From an uncultured bacterium (lineage in GTDB: Bacteria; Margulisbacteria; WOR-1; CAVSGV01): a stretch of DNA of 24,936 nt. Below are positions 17,186 through 24,936 of the stretch, one piece after another. Every line of letters begins with the position of its first letter. Position 1 is the first letter of the stretch. The notes beneath the pieces were generated by a model. The model ran no database searches and was not told the origin of the DNA. It saw only the letters and a list, made by a program, of their open reading frames with translations. Location: contig CAYHAH010000054.1 of NCBI GenBank assembly GCA_964354575.1, positions 1 through 24,936 of the forward strand. The letters are read 5' to 3'. Both the position numbers and the translations under genes were made by a program.

Positions 17186-20100
17186 TTTTATCGTCCGCGC
17201 AGGTCTTCTCGCGACCGGATGTCTCCTGTTTGTCTTGTTTTTAAATGCCCCCGTGTTTTCCGCCGAAACTTATCCGCAGATCGATGTTACGGGTTACAAG
17301 CAATATACGTACACCGGGCTAAATGTCGACGAAATGGCGAACCTGTTCCAGGCGCAGGCGATGCTGGGCGGGTATTACGCGGGCGGACCGTGGCAGGAAA
17401 AATTGAAACTGCGCATAATCGGAAAGTTGACCGAAAAACTCTCCGTGTCATATGATCTCGAACAGCAGCCTGACATGCCGGACAAATTTGACGTAAAGGT
17501 CAGATATGACAAGACGGAATTGACCTTCGGGGATTTTCAGGCTAACTTCAGCAAAAATGAATTTGTCTCGACTTCCAAGTATTTGAACGGCGTCATGGTC
17601 ACATCTTATGATAACTGGTACGATCTCACGTTCGTTCCTTCTTCAAAACTGAAAAGCGAGACGCAGCGTCTCGTGTCACAAAGAGGCAATAACACAAAGG
17701 GCCCTTATAACCTGGGTCACGTCTCTATAATCGAGGGGTCCGAAAGAATTGAGCTGAACAACGTCCTGCTCAATTCCGATTCGGATTATACAATAGACTA
17801 CTTTGCCGGAAAGATAACCTTCTCCAGAATACTCTCTCCTTACGATGAATTCAAATATTCTTACGAATTCACCAACCTGATCGACCTGTTCTTTCCGACT
17901 GTCTCAAAAAGGGATTTTGTCGGCTTGCAAACAAGCATAACGGTCAGTCCCACGCTCCTCGGCATGCCGGCTCAAAAAACGGAAAAATCAATAAAGAAAA
18001 GGACGGAGGTCTTTCCGACAAATGTTGAGCTCCCGTTGCTGCCGGCCATAAAAGGGACGGTGACCATTTCGCCGGAGGCGAAAGCCGGAGCATATGCAAT
18101 TTACATCAATGATGTTCCTGCCCTGACCGTTCATCAATTATCAGGCGAAACGCAGGCATACATAAGGGCGAATTCAATAAAGAAAAATCTTGATTTGATA
18201 ATAGGATCCGGCATAACGACATTCGAAATAACCGCCGTGCTCGTGAACGGGGAAAAGGTCCTTGCGGTGAACGGCCGTCCCATTATTACGGTGCTGGGAT
18301 CGGAAGCGAAATATTCCGGCCTGTCAATCAAAGACCTTGCGGAAAAGTGGAGGAGCGGCATCGCAGCGGGGCTTGAGGCATACATGGGAGTGGCCGCAAA
18401 GCCGGCCGCCCCCGAAGCGGCCCTCAAAGAAGAATATCAATGGGAAAGCACCGGGAATTACAGGCTGAAGGAATCTCCCGTCATTCCGTACAGCGAAAAG
18501 GTGACTTTCCTGGGGAGCCAGTTAAAAAAGCTGGAAGATTACATTATCAATTATCAAGACGGGTCGATCACGCTGCTTCGTCCCAACCTCCCCACCGCTA
18601 CAGAGCCGCTGATCATTGAATACCAATATATCGAAGTTACCGAGGAATCTCAGGTCCTGCCCGGCGCCGGAAAGGGTCCGTACGCCCTTTCTTTCAAGGA
18701 TATAGTTGAAGAAAGCGAAACGGTTACCGTGAATAATATTCCTTACATCAGGGAGCTGGATTACAAGATAGACTATGACCTCGGCAGGATCATGTTCTTT
18801 GCCGACATTCCGCAAACAGCAAAGATCGTTGTCAAATATAAACACCTTGTTACCACATCGCCTCCCCCTTCTCCCGCGCCTGTCGTGCCGCGTTCGTTAA
18901 ATGTCGGCGTCAGTTATTTGAAAGAATCCGGCCAAAGAGGGGCAACGCCGCCGAGCGTTGCCGCCATGGATACAATATCCGGCAGTGAAATAATAATCAA
19001 CAATAACACCATATATCTGGATTTAAGGCCCGTGACCTCCACCGGTGAGGTTGAGGTAAGAAGGAATAATATATTACAGGTATACGGCGTAGATTATGTG
19101 TTCCCCACGGTTGAGGCGTCCACGGGCATTGTTATCCCGGCGACAAAGCTCGCATACATAACCGATCCCGCGGACGTCTCTGACGGACTAAAGACGGGCA
19201 CGATCAAATTTCTCGTAGCGCCCGCCGGAACGGACGAAGTCACGGTCAGCTATGATTACAGCAAATGGTCCTCCGACCGCTACAGCGGCTCGGGGATCAG
19301 CAGCACCAGGACTTACTATCTGGGGGGTTTCCGGAACCTTGTCCCCGGCGCGGAAGAAGTGCAGATATGGAGAAAGAACGTCCCCAATCCCGTAATAAAG
19401 AGACTGACTAGGAACAGCAGCATCGAGGTTTTCGACGGGCATTATTTCATCAATTACACCGATCCGCCGAACATCACTTTCAACAATGATCCGATAGTCG
19501 TTGACGGCGAGACCTTCTACCTGAATGACATCAATTTCACCGTGATCTTCAAGTTCGTGGCGCAGTCAAGCGCTTCGGAGGCCCCCATATCGCACGATGT
19601 CATCGGATCCGATTTCAGCTTGCAGGTCGGCGATTATATGAAATTCGGGGGCGCGTTCGCCAGATCGAAAACCGACCAGATATTCACGACCGTAAGCACG
19701 AATGAGACGTTCAGCGGCGACGCGACGACCAAGATCTTTAACTTGAAGAGCCCCGGCCAGATCATTGACGGGAGCGAACAGATTTTCCTGAACGGCCAGA
19801 AGCTGAACAGGGACGATCAATATTCTTTCTTTTACAATGCGAATTCCTCGGGAAAGTACGGCGTCCTGACCTTTTTCATAATAACCCCCGTGACCGCCGA
19901 TGTCGTTTCCGTTGATTACAGTTACCAGAGCACTGCGGGGGTCGTGACCTCTGTAAGCGAAAAACAAGGCAGCGCATATAAACTTAACGGAATGATCAAG
20001 CCGCTTCCGAACGTGGAGTTTTCCGGCGATTACAAGAAAATAGACGCTGATTTCACTCCGATGGGCGGCACATCCATTCCCATAGGGAGCGATTTCAGTC

Positions 20101-21632
20101 ACGCATACACGAAAATAACCCCGTTCCCGAGTTTCTGGTCCAGTCTCTGGTTTTCCGGCGACATAAAAGAAAGCAACGTTCCCATAAGCAACTATCCCGA
20201 TAAATTCCTGCACGCCCACGACAGGAATCTGTCGGCCGGGTTCAACCCGCAGGGATTGGCGCAGGTTGACATGAATTTCAGGGGATACGACACCCTGGAC
20301 GATCTTCTGCCGGCAAGCACGACGCACAATAACGATTTTAAATCCTCTGCCTATTCGGTCAGCGTGGTTCCCCGTTCAGTGAGCTTGGGAGCGTTCAATT
20401 TTTCCAACAGGAGCAACGCCAGCAAGTCCCTGTCTTACACCGACACTGAGGACAAGACGCTGCCGAAGGATTCGATAACCGATTACTATCACACAAATAA
20501 CGTTTTTGGCTTCACCGAAAGGGCCAAATGGATACTTGATTATCAGGTGAACCTGCCGAGCACCATATCATACGAGGCGGGCAGCAGATCGCGGGGGAAA
20601 ACTGTGCAGAGGAATGAGGCCAACGACCTGAGCTCCAACTTTAATCTTGACCTTACCTTCACCGGCGTGAAAAGACTTTACACATACTGGAACAAAATAG
20701 GCCACAATGATTACGATTTCATATTGGGGACCTCAAAATCGACCATTAACGAAACTTATCACGCCGACTTTGTGCCGATAGATCAATTAACCACAAGCGT
20801 GGATCACAACCGCCAGGAAATTCCGACAGTCACCACCGCTTACGGAAACCCGAAGACCGAGCGCTCGTCCGCAGATATCAGGCTCACTCCCTTCTCAACG
20901 ACATTGCTCGGCTGGTCGGGATCGATAGACGATTCTCTTCAGGAGAACGGCGCGATGGCTTCCGGCAATGCGAACGCGTATTCCATTTCACATACGCCTA
21001 TTTCAGCCTCAAATTACAAATTGACAACAGCATATAATCTTTCAACAAGCTTAAGGAACGGCCCGGTGGGGACCGCAGAGGTGACTACGGACACAAGATC
21101 GTTCAGCCAGGACTACAACCTGACCGTGACCCCCTCCAGCATCTTGACAATAACTTCGGGTCTCGGGCAGGAGGACTACACAAATATAAATAATGCTCCC
21201 ACCTCCCCTGTCAACACCAAATCCCAAAGCCAGACGATAAGGGCCGGATCTTCCTATAAAGCGTTAACCGACCTGAACCTCTCCGGAAATTACAGCGTAA
21301 AGGTCACGAGAACGCCTGACCAGAGCGCCCACAAGTCATTGGTCGACGCGCACGCCGTTTACATGGTGTTCACATACGGAACCTTGAACTACGACTGGTC
21401 GCAGGAGGATAACGGCGGTGAAATTCTCGGCGGCTCTTTCGTTGACCAGGATTTCACGAAGATATTGCAGTCGCTCTCCCTGAATGTAGTGATGCCGCAG
21501 AGCAATCAAATGATCCTCTCCAGCGTCGTGCTCAGGGCCGCCATCAAGTGGGCGGACTTCAAGGACAGGAACACTCCCGCGAACAGCTTCCAGGCAACGC
21601 TTCTCTCGTTTGAAGGAACGTTCAACTTCTAG
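17160..21632 (+). CDS. 1490-aa predicted outer-membrane beta-barrel protein with internal SE-x-V...DY-x-IDY-x2-G-x-I-x-F repeats
   Basis: Signal peptide ending ...PVFSA; long C-terminal run of amphipathic beta-strands; terminal ...FEGTFNF. The TTG start is uncertain (GGAGG 13 nt upstream). Confidence 0.72.
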   Translation: MLQKKLRSSFIVRAGLLATGCLLFVLFLNAPVFSAETYPQIDVTGYKQYTYTGLNVDEMANLFQAQAMLGGYYAGGPWQEKLKLRIIGKLTEKLSVSYDLEQQPDMPDKFDVKVRYDKTELTFGDFQANFSKNEFVSTSKYLNGVMVTSYDNWYDLTFVPSSKLKSETQRLVSQRGNNTKGPYNLGHVSIIEGSERIELNNVLLNSDSDYTIDYFAGKITFSRILSPYDEFKYSYEFTNLIDLFFPTVSKRDFVGLQTSITVSPTLLGMPAQKTEKSIKKRTEVFPTNVELPLLPAIKGTVTISPEAKAGAYAIYINDVPALTVHQLSGETQAYIRANSIKKNLDLIIGSGITTFEITAVLVNGEKVLAVNGRPIITVLGSEAKYSGLSIKDLAEKWRSGIAAGLEAYMGVAAKPAAPEAALKEEYQWESTGNYRLKESPVIPYSEKVTFLGSQLKKLEDYIINYQDGSITLLRPNLPTATEPLIIEYQYIEVTEESQVLPGAGKGPYALSFKDIVEESETVTVNNIPYIRELDYKIDYDLGRIMFFADIPQTAKIVVKYKHLVTTSPPPSPAPVVPRSLNVGVSYLKESGQRGATPPSVAAMDTISGSEIIINNNTIYLDLRPVTSTGEVEVRRNNILQVYGVDYVFPTVEASTGIVIPATKLAYITDPADVSDGLKTGTIKFLVAPAGTDEVTVSYDYSKWSSDRYSGSGISSTRTYYLGGFRNLVPGAEEVQIWRKNVPNPVIKRLTRNSSIEVFDGHYFINYTDPPNITFNNDPIVVDGETFYLNDINFTVIFKFVAQSSASEAPISHDVIGSDFSLQVGDYMKFGGAFARSKTDQIFTTVSTNETFSGDATTKIFNLKSPGQIIDGSEQIFLNGQKLNRDDQYSFFYNANSSGKYGVLTFFIITPVTADVVSVDYSYQSTAGVVTSVSEKQGSAYKLNGMIKPLPNVEFSGDYKKIDADFTPMGGTSIPIGSDFSHAYTKITPFPSFWSSLWFSGDIKESNVPISNYPDKFLHAHDRNLSAGFNPQGLAQVDMNFRGYDTLDDLLPASTTHNNDFKSSAYSVSVVPRSVSLGAFNFSNRSNASKSLSYTDTEDKTLPKDSITDYYHTNNVFGFTERAKWILDYQVNLPSTISYEAGSRSRGKTVQRNEANDLSSNFNLDLTFTGVKRLYTYWNKIGHNDYDFILGTSKSTINETYHADFVPIDQLTTSVDHNRQEIPTVTTAYGNPKTERSSADIRLTPFSTTLLGWSGSIDDSLQENGAMASGNANAYSISHTPISASNYKLTTAYNLSTSLRNGPVGTAEVTTDTRSFSQDYNLTVTPSSILTITSGLGQEDYTNINNAPTSPVNTKSQSQTIRAGSSYKALTDLNLSGNYSVKVTRTPDQSAHKSLVDAHAVYMVFTYGTLNYDWSQEDNGGEILGGSFVDQDFTKILQSLSLNVVMPQSNQMILSSVVLRAAIKWADFKDRNTPANSFQATLLSFEGTFNF

Positions 21633-21638
21633 TATAAT
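21610..21638 (+). promoter_or_regulatory. Sigma70 promoter embedded in the 3' end of the giant barrel gene
   Basis: TTGAAG (21610-21615), 17-nt spacer, TATAAT (21633-21638). Confidence 0.72.
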
Positions 21639-21646
21639 AACCCGAT

Positions 21647-22861
21647 ATGAAAAGTGAAAGTTTAGAATCGCGGGCCGGCAAGGTATTGTCCCCTGCCCTG
21701 TCCCATTACACCTCTCTTGAGATCGAAAAGGGAAGAGGCGCATACCTTTTTTCAAAGGACGGCAAGAAATATCTTGATTTCGCCTGCGGGATCGCCGTGA
21801 CGAATTTGGGCCACTGCCACCCGAAAGTCGTCGCCGCCGCGGTAAAACAGGCGGAAAGCCTGATCCACGCGTGCGCCGGAATAGTGTATTACGAAGCCAA
21901 CATTCTTCTCGCGGAAAAGCTGTCAAAGATCTGTCCGGCGGGGCTTAACATGAGCTTTTTCTGCCAGAGCGGCGCCGAAGCCGTTGAAGGGGCCGTCAAG
22001 CTTGCAAAATACGTGAAAAACAAGCCCGGAATAATCGCCTTTGAGGGCGCTTTCCACGGGCGGACACTCGGAGCTCTTTCGCTGACGACATCGAAACAGA
22101 AATACCGCGACCGTTATGAACCTCTTCTGCCAAACGTCTTTACGGCGCCCTATTCAAAGGAGAACTCGCTTCCCGAGGTCGAAAAGATCATTAAAGCGAA
22201 CCAGATAGCCGCGGTAATAGTTGAGCCTGTTCAGGGAGAAGGCGGCTATATCGTCCCTTCAAAGGAATTCCTCTCAGGGCTCAGGAATTTATGCAACAAA
22301 TACGAGGTGTTCCTGATATTTGACGAAGTCCAGACCGGTCTGGGGCGGACGGGAAAGATGTTCGCTTCGGAAGTGTTCGGCGTCTATCCGGATATCATGA
22401 CGCTGGCAAAAGGCATAGCTTCGGGTTTTCCGCTCGGCGCGGTGATCGCAAAAGAATCTATCATGAAGCAGTGGTCGCCGGGAGCTCACGGGAGCACGAT
22501 GTCCGGAAATCCCGTCTCCTGCGCGGCCGCCATTGCCACGCTGGATGTGATAGAGGGGGAAAAGCTTCCTGAAAAGGCCCTTAAAATGGGCAGCTACCTG
22601 AGATCAAAACTCGACAAATTGAAAAAGGACTACCCTTCGATCGTTGATGTCCGCGGCGTGGGACTGATGATCGGCGTGGAATTCAAGGATAATTCGGCCG
22701 CAAAGCAGGTAATGGAGGCCTGCCTTAAAGGCGGGCTCATACTCATTTCGTGCGGGAACCGCGACCAGGTGATACGGTTCATCCCGCCCCTGATCGTCAC
22801 GAAAGAACAGATAGATACCGCCGTGAGCATATTCGAGGAAGCGCTCAAAGACTTAAGTTAA
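21647..22861 (+). CDS. Class III PLP-dependent aminotransferase (GabT/ArgD-like)
   Basis: LGHCHP, GAEAVEGAVK, AFHGRT, EPVQGEGG, FDEVQTGLGRTG, TLAKG (PLP Lys), HGSTMSGNP. Confidence 0.92.
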   Translation: MKSESLESRAGKVLSPALSHYTSLEIEKGRGAYLFSKDGKKYLDFACGIAVTNLGHCHPKVVAAAVKQAESLIHACAGIVYYEANILLAEKLSKICPAGLNMSFFCQSGAEAVEGAVKLAKYVKNKPGIIAFEGAFHGRTLGALSLTTSKQKYRDRYEPLLPNVFTAPYSKENSLPEVEKIIKANQIAAVIVEPVQGEGGYIVPSKEFLSGLRNLCNKYEVFLIFDEVQTGLGRTGKMFASEVFGVYPDIMTLAKGIASGFPLGAVIAKESIMKQWSPGAHGSTMSGNPVSCAAAIATLDVIEGEKLPEKALKMGSYLRSKLDKLKKDYPSIVDVRGVGLMIGVEFKDNSAAKQVMEACLKGGLILISCGNRDQVIRFIPPLIVTKEQIDTAVSIFEEALKDLS

Positions 22862-23943
22862 TGAAAAATGCCGCATTTATCTTTTCAATATTGATCTTTG
22901 CGATCGCGATCTCTTTTTCTTCATATTGCGAAGAGATCGCTGTAAGGGAATGGTCGCCGTATTCAGGCGTTGAAGGGCTTTCATCGGCGGATAATGTGCT
23001 GACCTTAAGATCGACCTCATCAATGCCCCTCCTTGCGACAAAGGGCAACATATTCATCAACGCATCGAGATTAAAGTTCGTGGATATTAAGATGCGGTCC
23101 GATAAGAGCTACATGACAGGAAGAATGTTCTTCAGGCGCATCGGGGACCCCGGCTTCAATTACTACAATTCTTTCGAATTCCAGACGGGCATTAATAACA
23201 TGTACCATAGCAACATTATCGCCCTGAACAGGAACCCCAACTGGTTCGGGACAGTTACTCAGATAATGCTCAGCCCGATCAACGGAGAGGGCTCGGTCAA
23301 GATAGAAAGCGTCGATTTCCTGGAGCCTGGCATTCTTATTGCGGCCCGTGCGTATTGGCAGGAGTTTTTCACTCTTGAAGTGCCTCAAATGAGGACCGTC
23401 AATTTCATATACGGTCAAAAGATCAACGGCACATCAATATACTTGTATATCTATTGCCTGATCTTGTTGATCTCGATATTCGTCATCTCTGCTGAATACG
23501 TCAAACACAAAGACCTTAATGTCATTTATAGATCGGCTTCGATGAAGATATTAACGATCTGCGTAATATTCTGGGCGGTCCTTGACCTGCGCGTTCTTTT
23601 CGACCAGGCAAGGACGGTGATGCTCGATTCACAGACATATTCCGGAAAAAGCCTTGAAGAAAAAAGGGCGCTTGCGACCCTCGGGGACATTTACGGCTTT
23701 TTGTCCTTCTCCGGCTCAAAGATCCCGAAGGGTTCGGGGTTTAACACGGTGAATCCTCCATACTATTATTTCAGGGAGAAAGCGGTCTACTATCTTTATC
23801 CCAGGCGCGTTGATGAAAACGCAGCGTATGTCCTGGTATACAACACTGATAGATCTCAAGATAAGACGATCAGCGAATATATTAAAAAGGGTTACAAGAC
23901 ATTTTCGACATTCAAAGAAGGAGAGTTTATTTTAAAGAAATGA
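22861..23943 (+). CDS. Hypothetical membrane protein (signal/anchor, beta-rich extracytoplasmic domain, two TM helices, C-terminal domain)
   Basis: ATG 22861 overlaps the upstream stop (TAATG) and gives a clean hydrophobic N-terminus; TM segments IYLYIYCLILLISIFVI and ILTICVIFWAVL. Confidence 0.7.
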   Translation: MKNAAFIFSILIFAIAISFSSYCEEIAVREWSPYSGVEGLSSADNVLTLRSTSSMPLLATKGNIFINASRLKFVDIKMRSDKSYMTGRMFFRRIGDPGFNYYNSFEFQTGINNMYHSNIIALNRNPNWFGTVTQIMLSPINGEGSVKIESVDFLEPGILIAARAYWQEFFTLEVPQMRTVNFIYGQKINGTSIYLYIYCLILLISIFVISAEYVKHKDLNVIYRSASMKILTICVIFWAVLDLRVLFDQARTVMLDSQTYSGKSLEEKRALATLGDIYGFLSFSGSKIPKGSGFNTVNPPYYYFREKAVYYLYPRRVDENAAYVLVYNTDRSQDKTISEYIKKGYKTFSTFKEGEFILKK

Positions 23944-24936
23944 TCGACTATATTAAACTTTTGCCGGCCTTATTATTGCCTGTATTTGCGGGATATATCA
24001 TTACTTGCGTCATAGCGCCAAAAAAGGACGCCATCTCGGAGATCGAGAGACTGGCCCTTTCGTATCTGGTCGGATGCGGGACCTTCACGCTTTTGATCTT
24101 CATAATAGGAGCATTCGGGATCGCCCTTACCTTGCCCAATATATGCATCGCCGCGGCAATAGCGCTTGCGGCTCCAGCGTTCATCGCGGCAAAAAATAAA
24201 GCCCTCGCATTGGATCTGAGGTCAATGAAGTTTGAGCGCCTGAAATGGCACGAGATCGTGATATCGACATTGATAATTCTTAGAGTTGCTTTTGTTCTGT
24301 TCGAGAACCTCATTAAGCCGGTCATCAGCGTCGATGCCTTCGCGAACTGGAGCCTGAGGGCGAAAGTTTTCTTTTTTGAAAGCGGCCTGTCGACAAATGC
24401 CAGGGACGCGTATTTTGCCGGCGGGGGGCAAACGTTCTATCCGATCAACATTCCGCTCATGGAAACATGGATCGCAAAGGTCCTGGGGTACTGGAATGAC
24501 GAACTGTTCAAGGTTATTTTCGGGCTTTTCTTTATATCGCTTTTAACGGTATTTTACTGTTCCGTCAGGAGGTTCGCTTCAAGGCCCGTCTCGCTTCTCT
24601 CGACATATCTGTTAAGCGCGCTGCCTTTGCTCGTCCATCACGCGACCATCGAATATGCCGACTTCCCCTTGTGCGTTTACTTTATCTGCTCGGCGCTTTT
24701 CCTGATGAATTACTTTGAATCGAACGACGAAAGGCACCTTTATTTTTCGTCACTCCTCGCGGGCATAAGCACATGGACAAAGAGCGAGGGGATGCCGCTG
24801 CTCTTGATCAATCTGTTCGTCCTTTGTGTTCATTTGGTCAGGACAAATAAGGATGCCGGGACGATGTTCAACTGTCTCTCAAAATATCTTTTCATAGGAT
24901 TGGCATTTAAGATACCCTGGTCCATATTCAATGTTT
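23940..24936 (+). CDS. 3'-truncated polytopic GT-C fold glycosyltransferase (ArnT/PMT-like); absent from the supplied ORF track
   Basis: Translated by hand: MIDYIKLLPALLLPVFAGY... open to the window end, ATGA overlap with the upstream stop, many TM helices, motifs VDAFANWSLRAK, FYPINIP, EYADFP, WTKSEG. Confidence 0.8.
   Translation, partial: MIDYIKLLPALLLPVFAGYIITCVIAPKKDAISEIERLALSYLVGCGTFTLLIFIIGAFGIALTLPNICIAAAIALAAPAFIAAKNKALALDLRSMKFERLKWHEIVISTLIILRVAFVLFENLIKPVISVDAFANWSLRAKVFFFESGLSTNARDAYFAGGGQTFYPINIPLMETWIAKVLGYWNDELFKVIFGLFFISLLTVFYCSVRRFASRPVSLLSTYLLSALPLLVHHATIEYADFPLCVYFICSALFLMNYFESNDERHLYFSSLLAGISTWTKSEGMPLLLINLFVLCVHLVRTNKDAGTMFNCLSKYLFIGLAFKIPWSIFNV

Noticed and set aside
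17160-21632. Calling a complete type IX secretion system
   Set aside because: Only a motif-level resemblance to SprA; no other T9SS genes or CTD-bearing substrates are in the window.
22750-22860. N-terminal extension of the membrane protein ORF
   Set aside because: Overlaps the aminotransferase by 112 nt; ATG 22861 gives a coupled start and a signal-like N-terminus.
23948-24431. Short track ORFs at 23948, 24005 and 24222
   Set aside because: They are shadows of the unlisted GT-C frame starting at 23940.

Overview
A gene-dense chromosomal window, almost entirely on the + strand (only metK is on -), from a probably anaerobic, diderm bacterium. This is inferred from an ETF module with bifurcating-type motifs, a lipoprotein and a predicted giant outer-membrane barrel. 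The cyanobacteria-like ACP tentatively suggests a non-photosynthetic cyanobacterial sister lineage such as Margulisbacteria/Saganbacteria, but this is unverified. Gene order: 5'-truncated multi-blade beta-propeller protein, phosphodiester glycosidase, metK (-), M15A peptidase, XerC-type recombinase and a stand-alone lipoprotein. Next comes a long operon behind a perfect TTGACA-17-TATAAT promoter: yceD-rpmF-plsX-fabH-[acyl-CoA dehydrogenase-etfB-etfA with 2x4Fe-4S domain]-fabD-fabG-acpP-[FabK/FabX-like FMN/Fe-S protein]-fabF. It is followed by a 1490-aa predicted beta-barrel and a translationally coupled trio: class III aminotransferase, membrane protein and 3'-truncated GT-C glycosyltransferase. 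The main discovery candidate is a CarCDE/Bcd-Etf-like electron-bifurcating module embedded in the type II fatty acid synthesis operon together with a FabX-like Fe-S flavoprotein, suggesting ferredoxin-linked fatty acid synthesis or anaerobic desaturation. Also notable are two different REPIN-like elements, an M15 peptidase with Asp-to-His at a zinc ligand, apparent leaderless genes, and a uORF with a strong RBS. No rRNA, tRNA or CRISPR array was seen.
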